From: Ostreococcus lucimarinus
Taxonomy: Eukaryota
Length of the DNA: 64,000 nucleotides
Assembly (NCBI GenBank): GCA_000092065.1
Contig: CP000593.1
Strand: one strand, 5' to 3'
Below, one piece after another: positions 45,369-54,776 of the stretch. A program made the position numbers and the translations under genes. Within the stretch, counting starts at the first letter, position 1; each line of letters opens with the position of its first letter. The notes under the pieces are model-generated. The model ran no database searches, was not told the origin of the DNA, and was given only the letters and a program-made list of their open reading frames with translations.

Positions 45369-46802
45369 ATGCGCTGCGCGAGCGCGCTCGGTGGTGGCAT
45401 CGCGATCGTCGCGAGCGCGCTCGCGCAGCGCGGCGCGCACGCGTCCGGCGCGCACGCATTCGAATGGGCTGGAATCTTTGAGACGCCAGAGAATGAATAC
45501 GTGTGGCAGGCGCAAAAGGTGGCCGATAAGTACGCCGCCGATACCATGAAAATGGTCATCTACGACGAAATCGCCGCCGGACACGACGAGCTCGAAGCCC
45601 GCGAGGATAGCGGTGATACCGCAATCGGGGGAGCTTGTACGACGGCTAAGATACGAGATAGTGTTTTGACACCTGATAGTGGGTGTGTCAACCTTGAATT
45701 TGACAACACCTGGCACACGACGCCGTTTAAGATTAATACGACTGGCATCGACGCGATCTCAATCTTCGCTGAGCACGTTCCCACCGAGTTCGAGCGCGAC
45801 GCGCACTATCTCAAGGACCTCCACGGAGATGACGTGGTGCCAAAAGCTTCACTTCCCGAAGCATCCACCGTGAGCGAATCGAAATCAAAACCGTGGGCCA
45901 ACGCCATTGGGGCGGCAATTATCGTCAATATCGTCACACTTTCTGGTGTGGTCTTTCTCATCCCGAGTATCGCTAAGAAGCAGAAAGCGTACCCTGAAAC
46001 TGTGAGTTGCACAATTAACTCGTTTGCCGCCGGCGCACTTCTTTCGGCTGCGTTTTATCTGATGTTCTACGAAGCCACGCATTTAATCAAACCTGCTGGC
46101 TCGGATGAGGCAGAGCAGACCGCATGGTGGGCTTCCGCTTCTATCTTCGGCTTTCTCATGGCCTACTTCATCGACTTTGGTATCTCTGTCGTGTTCCCAA
46201 CTCTTGGAAATACAGCGAAGACAACCGATGCGGAACTTGCAGTCAAAGGCGCTCAAGATGACTGTGATACTTGTACTTGTAACTCACACAAGTATCGCGT
46301 TCGAAGTGGTATCATTCTTGGAGATTTCATGCACAACCTAGTGGATGGTATTTTCATTGGCTTCGGCTTTCTGAACTGCGACAGTACCATGGGATGGTCG
46401 ATCACCGCCGCGACCGTCTATCACGAAATCGCTCAAGAGCTTGCTGACTACTTGGTGCTCGTAGACCCCTTCCAGGGCGATCTCGCGCCGTTGCCGACGC
46501 TGACTTTAAACTTCGTTTCCGGCTTGAGTGTCATTCTTGGCGTCCTCATTAGTGTTGGATCGGGAAATAACAACGACTTCTGGCATGGACTGCTGCTCGC
46601 CTTCGGTGCTGGAGTCTATCTGCAAATCGCCGCCGCAGAGTGCATGCCCCGAGTATCAGTGAGCGCCACTTCACCTCGTCTTCGCGCGACGAGCATTCTC
46701 ACCTTCATCGTCGGCGTTGTTGCCATCAGTCTCGTGCTCCTCAACCACAAGCATTGCACAGGCGGTGGCGGTGGCGGAGACTCACACGCACACGCGCACT
46801 AA
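45369..46802 (+). CDS. ZIP (Zrt/Irt-like) family metal transporter
   Basis: MRCASALGGGIAIVASALA is a signal peptide. Multiple TM segments follow. HNLVDGIFIGFGF and YHEIAQELADYLVL are variants of the ZIP TM-IV and TM-V motifs HNFxDGLAIG and HEIPHELGDF. The C-terminus has a His-rich stretch HKHCTGGGGGGDSHAHAH. Confidence 0.75.
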   Translation: MRCASALGGGIAIVASALAQRGAHASGAHAFEWAGIFETPENEYVWQAQKVADKYAADTMKMVIYDEIAAGHDELEAREDSGDTAIGGACTTAKIRDSVLTPDSGCVNLEFDNTWHTTPFKINTTGIDAISIFAEHVPTEFERDAHYLKDLHGDDVVPKASLPEASTVSESKSKPWANAIGAAIIVNIVTLSGVVFLIPSIAKKQKAYPETVSCTINSFAAGALLSAAFYLMFYEATHLIKPAGSDEAEQTAWWASASIFGFLMAYFIDFGISVVFPTLGNTAKTTDAELAVKGAQDDCDTCTCNSHKYRVRSGIILGDFMHNLVDGIFIGFGFLNCDSTMGWSITAATVYHEIAQELADYLVLVDPFQGDLAPLPTLTLNFVSGLSVILGVLISVGSGNNNDFWHGLLLAFGAGVYLQIAAAECMPRVSVSATSPRLRATSILTFIVGVVAISLVLLNHKHCTGGGGGGDSHAHAH

Positions 46803-46906
46803 TGAGAGCGGTAAAAAAATGTCAATTACTATCAAATCAAGTTGTGGCAAACACACCCACGGCCACTGACGGAGATCTATTTTTCAAGCTAGAGGATCAT
46901 ATAAAT

Positions 46907-46911
46907 TGTAA
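46907..46911 (+). promoter_or_regulatory. TGTAA poly(A)-signal-like motif downstream of the ZIP gene
   Basis: aaattgTGTAAatcg lies ~105 nt after the stop at 46802. Confidence 0.35.
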
Positions 46912-47025
46912 ATCGAAACGCTCTTCGTAATTTACGGCACCTGTTCCTCGATCTCCTGGCGAACATCGATGAATTATTTCGATAAGATGTCCCAGATGTT
47001 ACCCACACCACGGTACTTGTGAAGC

Positions 47026-47137
47026 TTAATCCAGATACGCGCGCACGCCTTTCTGAAGCATGGTCGGTACCTCGGCTTTCAACTTGTCTGGGAGCGTCGC
47101 GTCGGCGTCCTTGACCTCGCGCAGAAAATCGAGCACC
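47026..47137 (-). CDS. Small hypothetical protein, exon 2
   Basis: It encodes ...VLDFLREVKDADATLPDKLKAEVPTMLQKGVRAYLD*. This frame is reached only by removing a 53-nt intron. Confidence 0.35.
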
Positions 47138-47190
47138 CTATTGGTGGAGAACTGTCAGGGAAGGATCCAAGGTGGCGGCATTTGATACAC
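47138..47190 (-). other. Putative 53-nt intron (GTGTAT...CTGAC...AATAG) in the small hypothetical gene
   Basis: The donor is CT|GTGTATC and the acceptor is ccaccaatAG|G. CTGAC lies ~14 nt upstream of the acceptor. The length of 53 nt restores a long ORF across the two flanking frames. Confidence 0.35.
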
Positions 47191-47369
47191 AGGTTGCGCC
47201 AGGCTTTGTTAGACAGCAACGGACTCGATTTTACATCATCCGCCAGTATTGCAATTCCTACACGCTTCCCATTTAGCCAGTGCTTGGGCTCCTCGAATTG
47301 GTCTGTTTCGGGATTATACAGACTGAGCATCTCTGGGGTCAAATACTCGTCCCACACGGAGGCGTTCAT
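47191..47369 (-). CDS. Small hypothetical protein, exon 1 (from first ATG)
   Basis: It encodes MNASVWDEYLTPEMLSLYNPETDQFEEPKHWLNGKRVGIAILADDVKSSPLLSNKAWRN. Its composition is moderate in GC and coding-like. The ORF opens upstream at a TTG. An acceptor-like tttacAG lies just 3' of repeat copy 2. Confidence 0.35.
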
Positions 47370-47433
47370 CAGGTGCCCATCGAGTTCCTTGTATTGCTTC
47401 AATCTCGTCGCGGTATCTCTGTAAACAATTTTG

Positions 47434-47655
47434 CTGGTAGAGTGTCAGACTGTTAGGAAAAAGTCTCCGTCGAATATGACGGCTGCTCCGATAGAGATCT
47501 GGAAGCCGCGGGATCGAAACCCGCAGGAAGAGATGTGTCGACATCACACCTTACTTTTTCCCACACCCGATTGTCCGTGATGGAAAAGCGACACGACAAC
47601 ACTGTGACTTTCGTCGTTTCGGGGTGACGGATAGTACTTTAAAAAATTTATCGCT
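47434..47655 (+). mobile_element. tRNA-derived SINE-like repeat, copy 2 (5'-truncated, begins in the D-loop)
   Basis: It is ~98% identical to 41478..41700. It lacks the first 14 nt of the tRNA-like head. It is followed by a 12-bp palindrome, CCCCCATGGGGG. Confidence 0.6.
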
Positions 47656-47770
47656 GTGAGATTCACCCCCATGGGGGGAGCTCGGCTTCCCTGATTTTTT
47701 TGTCACTTTTTCACGACGCCGCGAACCCCTCGTCCCGAACTCCGAGACGCGACGCGAGACATCCATCCCA

Positions 47771-48943
47771 TCACACGAGTCGCCCCCCCGCGAGATAATC
47801 GGCGACTCGCACGACGCGCGCGTTCGCGTCGAACGCGCCCGCGTGGACGTCGTCGTCGCCCGCCGCGAGCGCGGCGCCTTCGTCGTCGAAATCCACCTCG
47901 TCGAGCGCTCGGTAGCTCTCCATCAACGCGGGATCTTTGGCGGCCATGAGCTTTAAATCTTCCAACACGCGGTCCAGATTGACGTCGTCGACGAAGTTTC
48001 CCGCGAACGCCACCGTGCAATCGAGGTTTCGAACGGCGTGCGGCGAGCCGCCCGGCACGAAAAGCACCTCGCCCGGGCCAAGATCGACGTCCCATCGGCG
48101 CGCGCCGAATTCACGCGGGAGCGGTAACATTCCCATCTCTTCTTGTTCCTCCAACGGTGGCATCGCGGGATCGAGCGTGCCGCGCGACCAGCTCGGCCGT
48201 AAAAACGCGAGCGATTCGCGCGAGAAGACGGTCCATCGCTTCGTGCCGCGCACCACGGCCATGAAAAAGTGCCCCTGCCACTGATCGACGTGCAGGGACG
48301 ATCGCGTGTTCTTCGCGGCGACAAACAAGCTCGGCCACGACCGTGAAAATGCCGTCAATCGCATCGTGCGCTGCATGTAATCGTGTGCCACGTACGCCGG
48401 TACGCGCACGCTCTCCGACAACGACGGCAGCTTGAGCGGAATCGACGTGTCGTACAAGTAACTCCCCGCCCCTCGATCGTCCACGACTTCCGCGAAAAAG
48501 TCCTTTAAATCCAAAACGTCCGTCACCTCGCACGACAGCGTCGCGCGTCGGTGACCATCCTTCCTCGTGACGGCGACTTTTTTATTCCCGGCGCGCCGCG
48601 TCAACCACGCGCACGTCTCGCCGTCCGCGCCGTCCTCCGTCAGCGCGCTCCCGAGCCCCTCGATCACGACCGGGGTATCCGTGGCGACGTATTCGAGTCG
48701 AAAACGTCGCGGCGTGAGATCGCGCGCGTGCACGCGCGCGACGTCGCGTCCCGTCGTCGTCGGTTTTTCGACACCCGAATCTGCGGCGGCGGCGGCGGCG
48801 AGCGTCGCGCGCGCGCGCTCGACGCGCGCGACGATCGCGTCGACGTACGCGCGACGACCGTCGTCGGTCTCTCGGGCAGCGCGCGCGGCGAGATCGGCGC
48901 GCTCGACGTCGAGGCGCGCGATCTCTTCGTCGAAAAGCGTCAT
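47771..48943 (-). CDS. JmjC-domain (cupin-like 2OG/Fe(II) oxygenase) protein
   Basis: ...SSLHVDQWQGHFFMAVVRGTKRWTVF... (Hx(D/E) region) and ...GEVLFVPGGSPHAVRNLDCTVAFAGNF (distal His) fit the JmjC double-stranded beta-helix. The ORF starts with ATG. Confidence 0.75.
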   Translation of the reverse strand: MTLFDEEIARLDVERADLAARAARETDDGRRAYVDAIVARVERARATLAAAAAADSGVEKPTTTGRDVARVHARDLTPRRFRLEYVATDTPVVIEGLGSALTEDGADGETCAWLTRRAGNKKVAVTRKDGHRRATLSCEVTDVLDLKDFFAEVVDDRGAGSYLYDTSIPLKLPSLSESVRVPAYVAHDYMQRTMRLTAFSRSWPSLFVAAKNTRSSLHVDQWQGHFFMAVVRGTKRWTVFSRESLAFLRPSWSRGTLDPAMPPLEEQEEMGMLPLPREFGARRWDVDLGPGEVLFVPGGSPHAVRNLDCTVAFAGNFVDDVNLDRVLEDLKLMAAKDPALMESYRALDEVDFDDEGAALAAGDDDVHAGAFDANARVVRVADYLAGGRLV

Positions 48944-49055
48944 CTTGTGCGGGACGGCGTCGGCTCGACCGCGCTCGACTCACTGCGACTGGCTCTGACT
49001 CTTCTACATCTTCGGGACGCGGCGTCCCGATCCCTAACGCGTTCGCCGTCGCGAC

Positions 49056-50285
49056 CTATCGTCGCGGCGCCTCGTCGTCGTCGTCCGCGGCGCGCTCTAA
49101 CAACCGTCGCGCGGCTTCGAAGACGCTAAAAGTAATCGCGCTCGCGGGGGCGGACTTGATCAGACTCGGCATCAAGCCCTTGTAAAACCCACCCACGCCC
49201 TCGCTGCGCGCGATCGTTCGCACGGCGGCGAAGAAACTTTTGTACGCGCCCGCGTCGACGCGTTGGCCGTAGGCTAAACTTCGAGAGAATCCGGCGACTT
49301 GGAATCGTTTCTTGACGACGTCGAGCGGGTGAATGACGAGCCGCGCGATGGTGCCCGCGGCGAACCCGCACGCGAAATCGTTCTCCCCGAACACTTCGGG
49401 GAGGTTTGATTTCAACGCAGCGTACGAGCCGAACTGCACCGCGCTCGCGGGAACGATCTCGGCGAGCGTCACGGAGACGCCCGCGTACAAACCTTTGGCG
49501 ACGCCGCGTTCGCGAACGACGCCGAGCGCGGCGTCGAACACGTTATTATACACCTTCGGGTGACCCTGACTCGCCAGTAACGTTCGAATGACATCGAACG
49601 GGTACGTCGCCACCGTCGCCACCGATCCCGCGGCGGCGCCACCGATGAAACTCACCGGCAGTCCCGCCGTCGATCCCGGTTTCGCGCGCTCCCGCTCCCT
49701 CGCCGCCTCCTTAAACTTATTCAACACCGTGAACTGTATCGCCGTGTACGGCACCCACAGCAGCAGCGCCGGCACCGTCCCCGCCCACATCGCGCGCCCC
49801 CCCTCCTCGCGCAGTATCGTCCGCGTCGCGTCCGCCAGCCCTCGATACTTCCCGCTCGCGCCTCGCTCGACTTGCACCTGCAACCGAATCTTAATCACGT
49901 CCAACGGCGCCACGCACACGCGCGCCGTCGCGCCCGCCAGCGCGCCCGCCGTCGTCGTCACCCACACCGCCGTCGTTCGCGCGTCCTCGCTCGCGTCCCT
50001 CGCGATTCGCGTCCTCCCTCTCGTCGCGTCTCGCGTCGTCGTCGCCGTCGTCCCGCTCGCGGCTCGCGCGCGCGCCTCCTCTCGCGTCCCTTCGCGTCGT
50101 TTCGCCGACGTCGACGCCTCCGCGCCGCGCGCGCTCGCGCGCGACATCGTCGCCGTCGTCACCGTCGCCGCGAGCGTCGCCGCGGCGAGCGCGCGCGTCG
50201 CGCGCGTCGTCGTCTCGCGTCGCTTTCCGCGCGCGTGGAATTGGAATTTGAATCCCGGCGCGCCGTCGCCGAACGCCGCGCGCAT
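49056..50285 (-). CDS. Mitochondrial carrier family protein, thiamine-pyrophosphate-carrier-like (SLC25A19/TPC1-like)
   Basis: Three carrier repeats are present. The first signature, APLDVIKIRLQVQ, is TPC-like (PFDVIKIRFQLQ). There is an N-terminal basic extension. Confidence 0.75.
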   Translation of the reverse strand: MRAAFGDGAPGFKFQFHARGKRRETTTRATRALAAATLAATVTTATMSRASARGAEASTSAKRREGTREEARARAASGTTATTTRDATRGRTRIARDASEDARTTAVWVTTTAGALAGATARVCVAPLDVIKIRLQVQVERGASGKYRGLADATRTILREEGGRAMWAGTVPALLLWVPYTAIQFTVLNKFKEAARERERAKPGSTAGLPVSFIGGAAAGSVATVATYPFDVIRTLLASQGHPKVYNNVFDAALGVVRERGVAKGLYAGVSVTLAEIVPASAVQFGSYAALKSNLPEVFGENDFACGFAAGTIARLVIHPLDVVKKRFQVAGFSRSLAYGQRVDAGAYKSFFAAVRTIARSEGVGGFYKGLMPSLIKSAPASAITFSVFEAARRLLERAADDDDEAPRR

Positions 50286-50668
50286 TCGCGCGCCGCGCCG
50301 GCGCGTTCGAACGCCGACGTTCGAGCGCGCGTCGCGTCGTCGCGTCGGCGCCGCGCCGCGCCGACGTCTCGCGCGATTCGACGGCGCGCGCGCGATCGAG
50401 CGCGCGACGATGCTTACACTAAACTATCACGTACACTAAATACACACACCCGTATGTCCGAATACGTACGACCAGTATTGTGATTCATATTTACCCCATC
50501 ACGTATATTTTCTCGAAACGCTATCCACGACGGCGCCACGCGCCACACCGCGACGCGACGCGACCGCGCGACGCGCCGGCGCGCGCTCGACCGCGCGCGC
50601 GCGACTCGAGCGTCGACTCGACCGCGCTCGACCGCGCGCGAGCGCCGACGGACGCCGCGGTGGCGACG

Positions 50669-50688
50669 ATGCCGACGACGACGATGCG

Positions 50689-50719
<31 letters not shown>

Positions 50720-52681
50720 CGCGGCGGGCGACGCGCGCGCGAGGGACGCGCGCGCGACGACGGGCGACGACGCGCGATGCCTCGATGCGGCGCGACGGCG
50801 CGGGACGAGCGCGCGATGGGACGCGCGCGATGGGCGGGACGAGGGCCGGGACGCGCGCGAGCCGGGACGCGCGCGGCGGCGTCGGGCGACGATAAAAAGG
50901 CGCTGACGCTCGAGGAGCGCATCGCGAGCGGAGAGTTCACGAAGGCGTCGTCCACGGGACCGTTTCGAAAGGTGGCGGACGGGCTGCGGGGACTGGTGCC
51001 CGAAGACGCGGGACCGGTGGGGCGAGGGGTGTCGCTGGCGCTCGCGAGGTTATCGAGGCGGTGGCGCGCCGAGGCGATGTCGAAGATGCCGGTGGCGAGC
51101 GGGGACATTCGCGAGATCGCGGGACAACCGGTTTTTGTGCCGCTGTATAAGCTGTTCTTGGCGTACGGGGAGATGTTCGTCCTGGCGATCGGGCCGAAGA
51201 AATTCGTCGTCGTGAGCGACAACGCGGTGGCCAAGGAGATGTTGCTCACGCAGGCGAAGAGCTTCTCCAAGGGATTGCTGTCGGAGATTTTGGACTTTGT
51301 CATGGGTCAGGGGTTAATCCCGGCGAACGGTGAGGTGTGGAAGATTCGACGCAAGGTGATCGTGCCGAGCTTGCACAAAAAGTACGTCACGTCCATGGTG
51401 GACATGTTCGGCGACTGCGGGTTGAAGGGGATGTCGCAGCTCGCGCGCGCGGAGAAGGCGAACGAGTCGGTGGAGATGGAGAACTTTTACTCGCGATTCG
51501 CCTTGGATATCATAGGCAAGGCGGTGTTCAATTACGATTTCGACTCCTTGTCCACGGACGACCCCGTGATCAAAGCCGTGTACACGGTTTTGCGCGAAGC
51601 CGAGTACCGGAGCGTGACGTTTATTCCCTATTGGAAGGTTCCCCCGCTTCGCTGGCTCGTGCCGAGGCAGCGTCAGTGCCAGGAGGCGCTGCAAGTGGTG
51701 AACGACACCTTGGATGACCTCATCAACCGATGCAAAGCCGTGGTGGAGGAAGAGGATGAGGAATTCGTCGAGGAGTACATGAACACGGACGATCCGAGCA
51801 TTTTGCACTTTCTCATCGCGAGCGGCGACGACGTGACGTCCAAGCAACTTCGCGATGATTTAATGACGCTCCTGATCGCCGGCCACGAAACCACCGCCGC
51901 GGTGCTGACGTGGACGACATTTTTGCTCGCCAAGCACCCCGAAGTGAAGGCCAAGGTATTCGAGGAGGTTGACCGCGTCGTCGGCGACCGCAACCCGACG
52001 GTGGCGGATATGCGCGCGCTCGTGTACACGACGCGCGTCATCAACGAGTCCATGCGACTTTACCCGCAACCTCCGGTGTTAATCAGGCGCGCGTTAGAGC
52101 CCGTCACCCTCGGAGGGTACAACATCGACGCCGGAACCGACTTCTTCATTTCGGTTTGGAACTTGCACAGAAACCCGCGGATTTGGGACGAACCCGACGC
52201 GTTCAAGCCCGAACGCTTCCCGATCGACGCCCCGATGCCGAACGAGTACACCGAAGAGTACGCGTACTTGCCCTTCGGCGGTGGCCAGCGCAAATGCGTG
52301 GGCGATCAGTTTGCTATTTTTGAGTCAATCGTGTCGCTCGCCATGCTCATGCGACGATTCGACTTTGAACTCGACGAGTCCAAGCACCCCGACGGCGAAT
52401 GCGGCATGACGACGGGCGCGACGATTCACACCACGAACGGCTTGCACGTCAAGCTCAAGCGCCGCGATGGGCGAGGTGGGCGAGAGATGGACGGCACGTA
52501 CGTCACCGGTATGGCGTTGAGCAACCTGGAAGACGTCGACGTCGTTCGAGGGTCCATCGACGCCCCGACGGCGAGCGCGGACGAGTTCGACGCCGCCGTC
52601 GACGACGTTGACGGGGACACGTCGGAGAAACTCGAGCGCGCGAAAGAGATCATCGAGGAAGAGACAGCGAAGGCGCGCTAG
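50669..52681 (+). CDS. CYP97: Cytochrome P450, CYP97-like (carotenoid hydroxylase family), with transit-peptide-like N-terminus and acidic C-terminal extension
   Basis: ...SKGLLSEILDFVMGQGLIPANGEVWKIRRKVIVPSLHKKY is the CYP97 hallmark block. LIAGHETT is the I-helix. FLPFGGGQRKCVGDQFA is the heme-Cys loop. The ATG at 50669 lies inside a longer ORF that opens at 50480. Confidence 0.8.
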
Positions 52682-52845
52682 TCGTAGGCAACGAAAATCG
52701 CATCGATCGTTCATCATCAGTAGCTCAAACGAATTTTAATTCTATTCATCGGAACGTCGAACGCCGAAGCGCGGTGGTGTCTCGCTTAGCGATAACGCTT
52801 ATAATATCGGTATTAAGAAAGAATCGCGCGCGCACGCAGTCTAGT

Positions 52846-54237
52846 CTACAACAAGAGTTTATTAAGCGCATCGTCCATGTCGTTCACCACCACCGTCGCC
52901 GTGGACGTGTCGGAGTCGAGCGGATAAATAAACGTCACCACGGCGGTGATGTCGTCGGCTCGCTCGTCGTGCTCTTGCCAACGCGAGAACGCGGCGCGCA
53001 CGATGGCGTGCGCGGCGCGTTCGGCGGCACCGGGCATGTTCTCCTCGTAAAATTTCTCCGCGATCGCCATCGTTTCCGCGCTGGACATGAACTCGAACAC
53101 GCCGTCGGAGGCGACGACGACGCACCGCGTCGACGGCTCGGCGTTCAAGTCAAACTCGCTCATCTCGGGCGTCGCGCTCACGCCGAGCGACTTCCCCACG
53201 GTGTCACCGATCGAGCGAGTGAACGCGCATCCGGGAAAACGATAACCAGCCATGAAAACGCGCGGCGGGTCGTCGCAATATTCCTCGTCCGAACCCGGTT
53301 CGCCGTCGCCAAAGTCCTCGTGCGCCTCGGTTTCGCCCAAAACCATGCCGATGGTGGCGAACGTCATCGGCGACGTCGCCTCCGCTTTCATCCGCGCGCG
53401 CTCGTCCGCGCGAAAGCACGTCTGATCATGCGTCAAATCTCTCACCTCCCATCGCCTCGTGTGTCGATTCCCGACCGCGACGCCCGCCGCGCGCTCGACG
53501 CCGACGACGCATCGCGAATCCCCGACGTTTCCCACGCGCACCACGCCTTCGTCATCAAACAGCGCCGTGATCGCCGTCGACCCCGAAAACGACGCGTTCT
53601 CCCCCATCTCTTTGCACACCACCGCGTTCACCGCCTCGAACGTCCGCGCGTACCCATCCCTCAGCGCCGCGCCTCCCCGCGTCTCCCTCGCCAGCGTCTC
53701 CGCGAACGTCGCCCGCGCGATTTGCGCGCACTCCTCCCCGTGCTTCCCGTGCCCATCGAACACCCCCACCAGCACCCGTCCCGTCTCTCGCCGCGCCACC
53801 GCATCGTTTCCCTCCCCATCGATCACCGCCTCCTCGTGCGCCATCTCCCTTCCCTCCCACGTCGCGCACGCGTCCTGATTCACGTGATGATCCTTGTGCG
53901 GATAACATCCCTCCTGGCAGCACCACGCCACGCGCGCCGCGAACCGCGCGCTGAGCGCATACGCCCGTTCGCTCGCCACCTCCCGTCGCGTCGCGTCCAT
54001 CTCGAACCTCAGCGGTCGCGCGCGCGGCGGCTTCGCGCGCGGTCGCCACGCCGTCGCCGCGCGTCCCGCGCGCGCGTTATCCGCTTTCGCGTCGGTCGCT
54101 GTCGGCGCGTTTGCGTCGATCGCGGGCGTCGCCGCGCGACGCGCCGGATCGAACGCGACCGTCGCGCGCGCCGCGTCGTGGCCATCGCGCGCGGGCGCGC
54201 GCTCGCGCGCGCGGTACGCGCCGGGCGCGAGCGCCAT
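52846..54237 (-). CDS. Protein phosphatase 2C (PPM family)
   Basis: VGVFDGHGKHGEECAQ, GSTAITALFDD, VGNVGDSRCVVG, SIGDTVGK, VVASDGVFEF and DDITAVVTF match PP2C motifs 1-11. The ORF starts with ATG. Confidence 0.8.
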   Translation of the reverse strand: MALAPGAYRARERAPARDGHDAARATVAFDPARRAATPAIDANAPTATDAKADNARAGRAATAWRPRAKPPRARPLRFEMDATRREVASERAYALSARFAARVAWCCQEGCYPHKDHHVNQDACATWEGREMAHEEAVIDGEGNDAVARRETGRVLVGVFDGHGKHGEECAQIARATFAETLARETRGGAALRDGYARTFEAVNAVVCKEMGENASFSGSTAITALFDDEGVVRVGNVGDSRCVVGVERAAGVAVGNRHTRRWEVRDLTHDQTCFRADERARMKAEATSPMTFATIGMVLGETEAHEDFGDGEPGSDEEYCDDPPRVFMAGYRFPGCAFTRSIGDTVGKSLGVSATPEMSEFDLNAEPSTRCVVVASDGVFEFMSSAETMAIAEKFYEENMPGAAERAAHAIVRAAFSRWQEHDERADDITAVVTFIYPLDSDTSTATVVVNDMDDALNKLLL

Positions 54238-54480
54238 GTGACGCGTTACCGGGACGCGGCGGCGCGTGGCGGCGGGGCGACCGACCGTATGTGCGTAAAC
54301 AGTACAGACGACATTTTCGACGCCCGCGCGTCGACGTCTCGAACGAATTCGTTCTCGAATACGACGTATGGAGGCGCAGTCAGCGCGCTGTTTGCGCGGT
54401 GCTTCAATACGGGCGGTGTGATTTAATTAGCGCCGACGGATCGCGCGATCGACGGCGCGCGCGCGACACGGCGACGCGCG

Positions 54481-54501
54481 ATGCGCGACCTGACGTCGAC
54501 G
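54481..54501 (+). CDS. EIF3E: eIF3 subunit E, exon 1 (7-codon micro-exon, MRDLTST)
   Basis: ATG CGC GAC CTG ACG TCG ACG is followed by the donor GTGCGA. Joined to exon 2 it gives MRDLTST|IAARLDAHLTLPLLEF, aligning with human [25 protein letters not shown]. Confidence 0.7.
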
Positions 54502-54776
54502 GTGCGACGCGACGCGACGCGAGCGCGACGCGACGCGCGACGGGAGACGACGGGAGACGACGGGCGGCGACGCGACGAGCGGACGGCGAACGCGAACGCG
54601 GCGACGCGGCGGCGGCAGGGTTTGCGCGATCGCGACGGCGACGCGGCGCGCGCGACGGCGGCGGACGCGCGAGGACGCGGGCGAAGAGTAACGCATCGCG
54701 AACGCGTCGCGGACGCGAAGGGCCGACGCGCCGCGGTCGAGCGCGAGGACTGACGGAGCGCGGGACGACGACGCAG
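54502..54776 (+). other. EIF3E: Intron of eIF3e (275 nt, phase 0)
   Basis: The donor is GTGCGA. CTGAC lies ~25 nt before the acceptor acgCAG|ATC. Read-through gives only R-rich sequence and a stop at 54753. Confidence 0.7.

Noticed and set aside
47380-47700. Treating repeat copy 2 as a bona fide spliced intron (introner) of the small downstream gene or of a JmjC 3' exon.
   Set aside because: The acceptor-like tttacAG and donor-like GGGG|GTGAAT flank it, but no combination gives a consistent phase with any upstream coding exon. An in-frame stop precedes the only nearby ATG. It is kept as a hypothesis only.
54481-54753. ORF 54481..54753 (MRDLTSTVRRDATRARRD...) as a stand-alone 90-aa gene.
   Set aside because: Only its first 7 codons are coding, as the eIF3e micro-exon. 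The remainder is intron sequence that happens to stay open.
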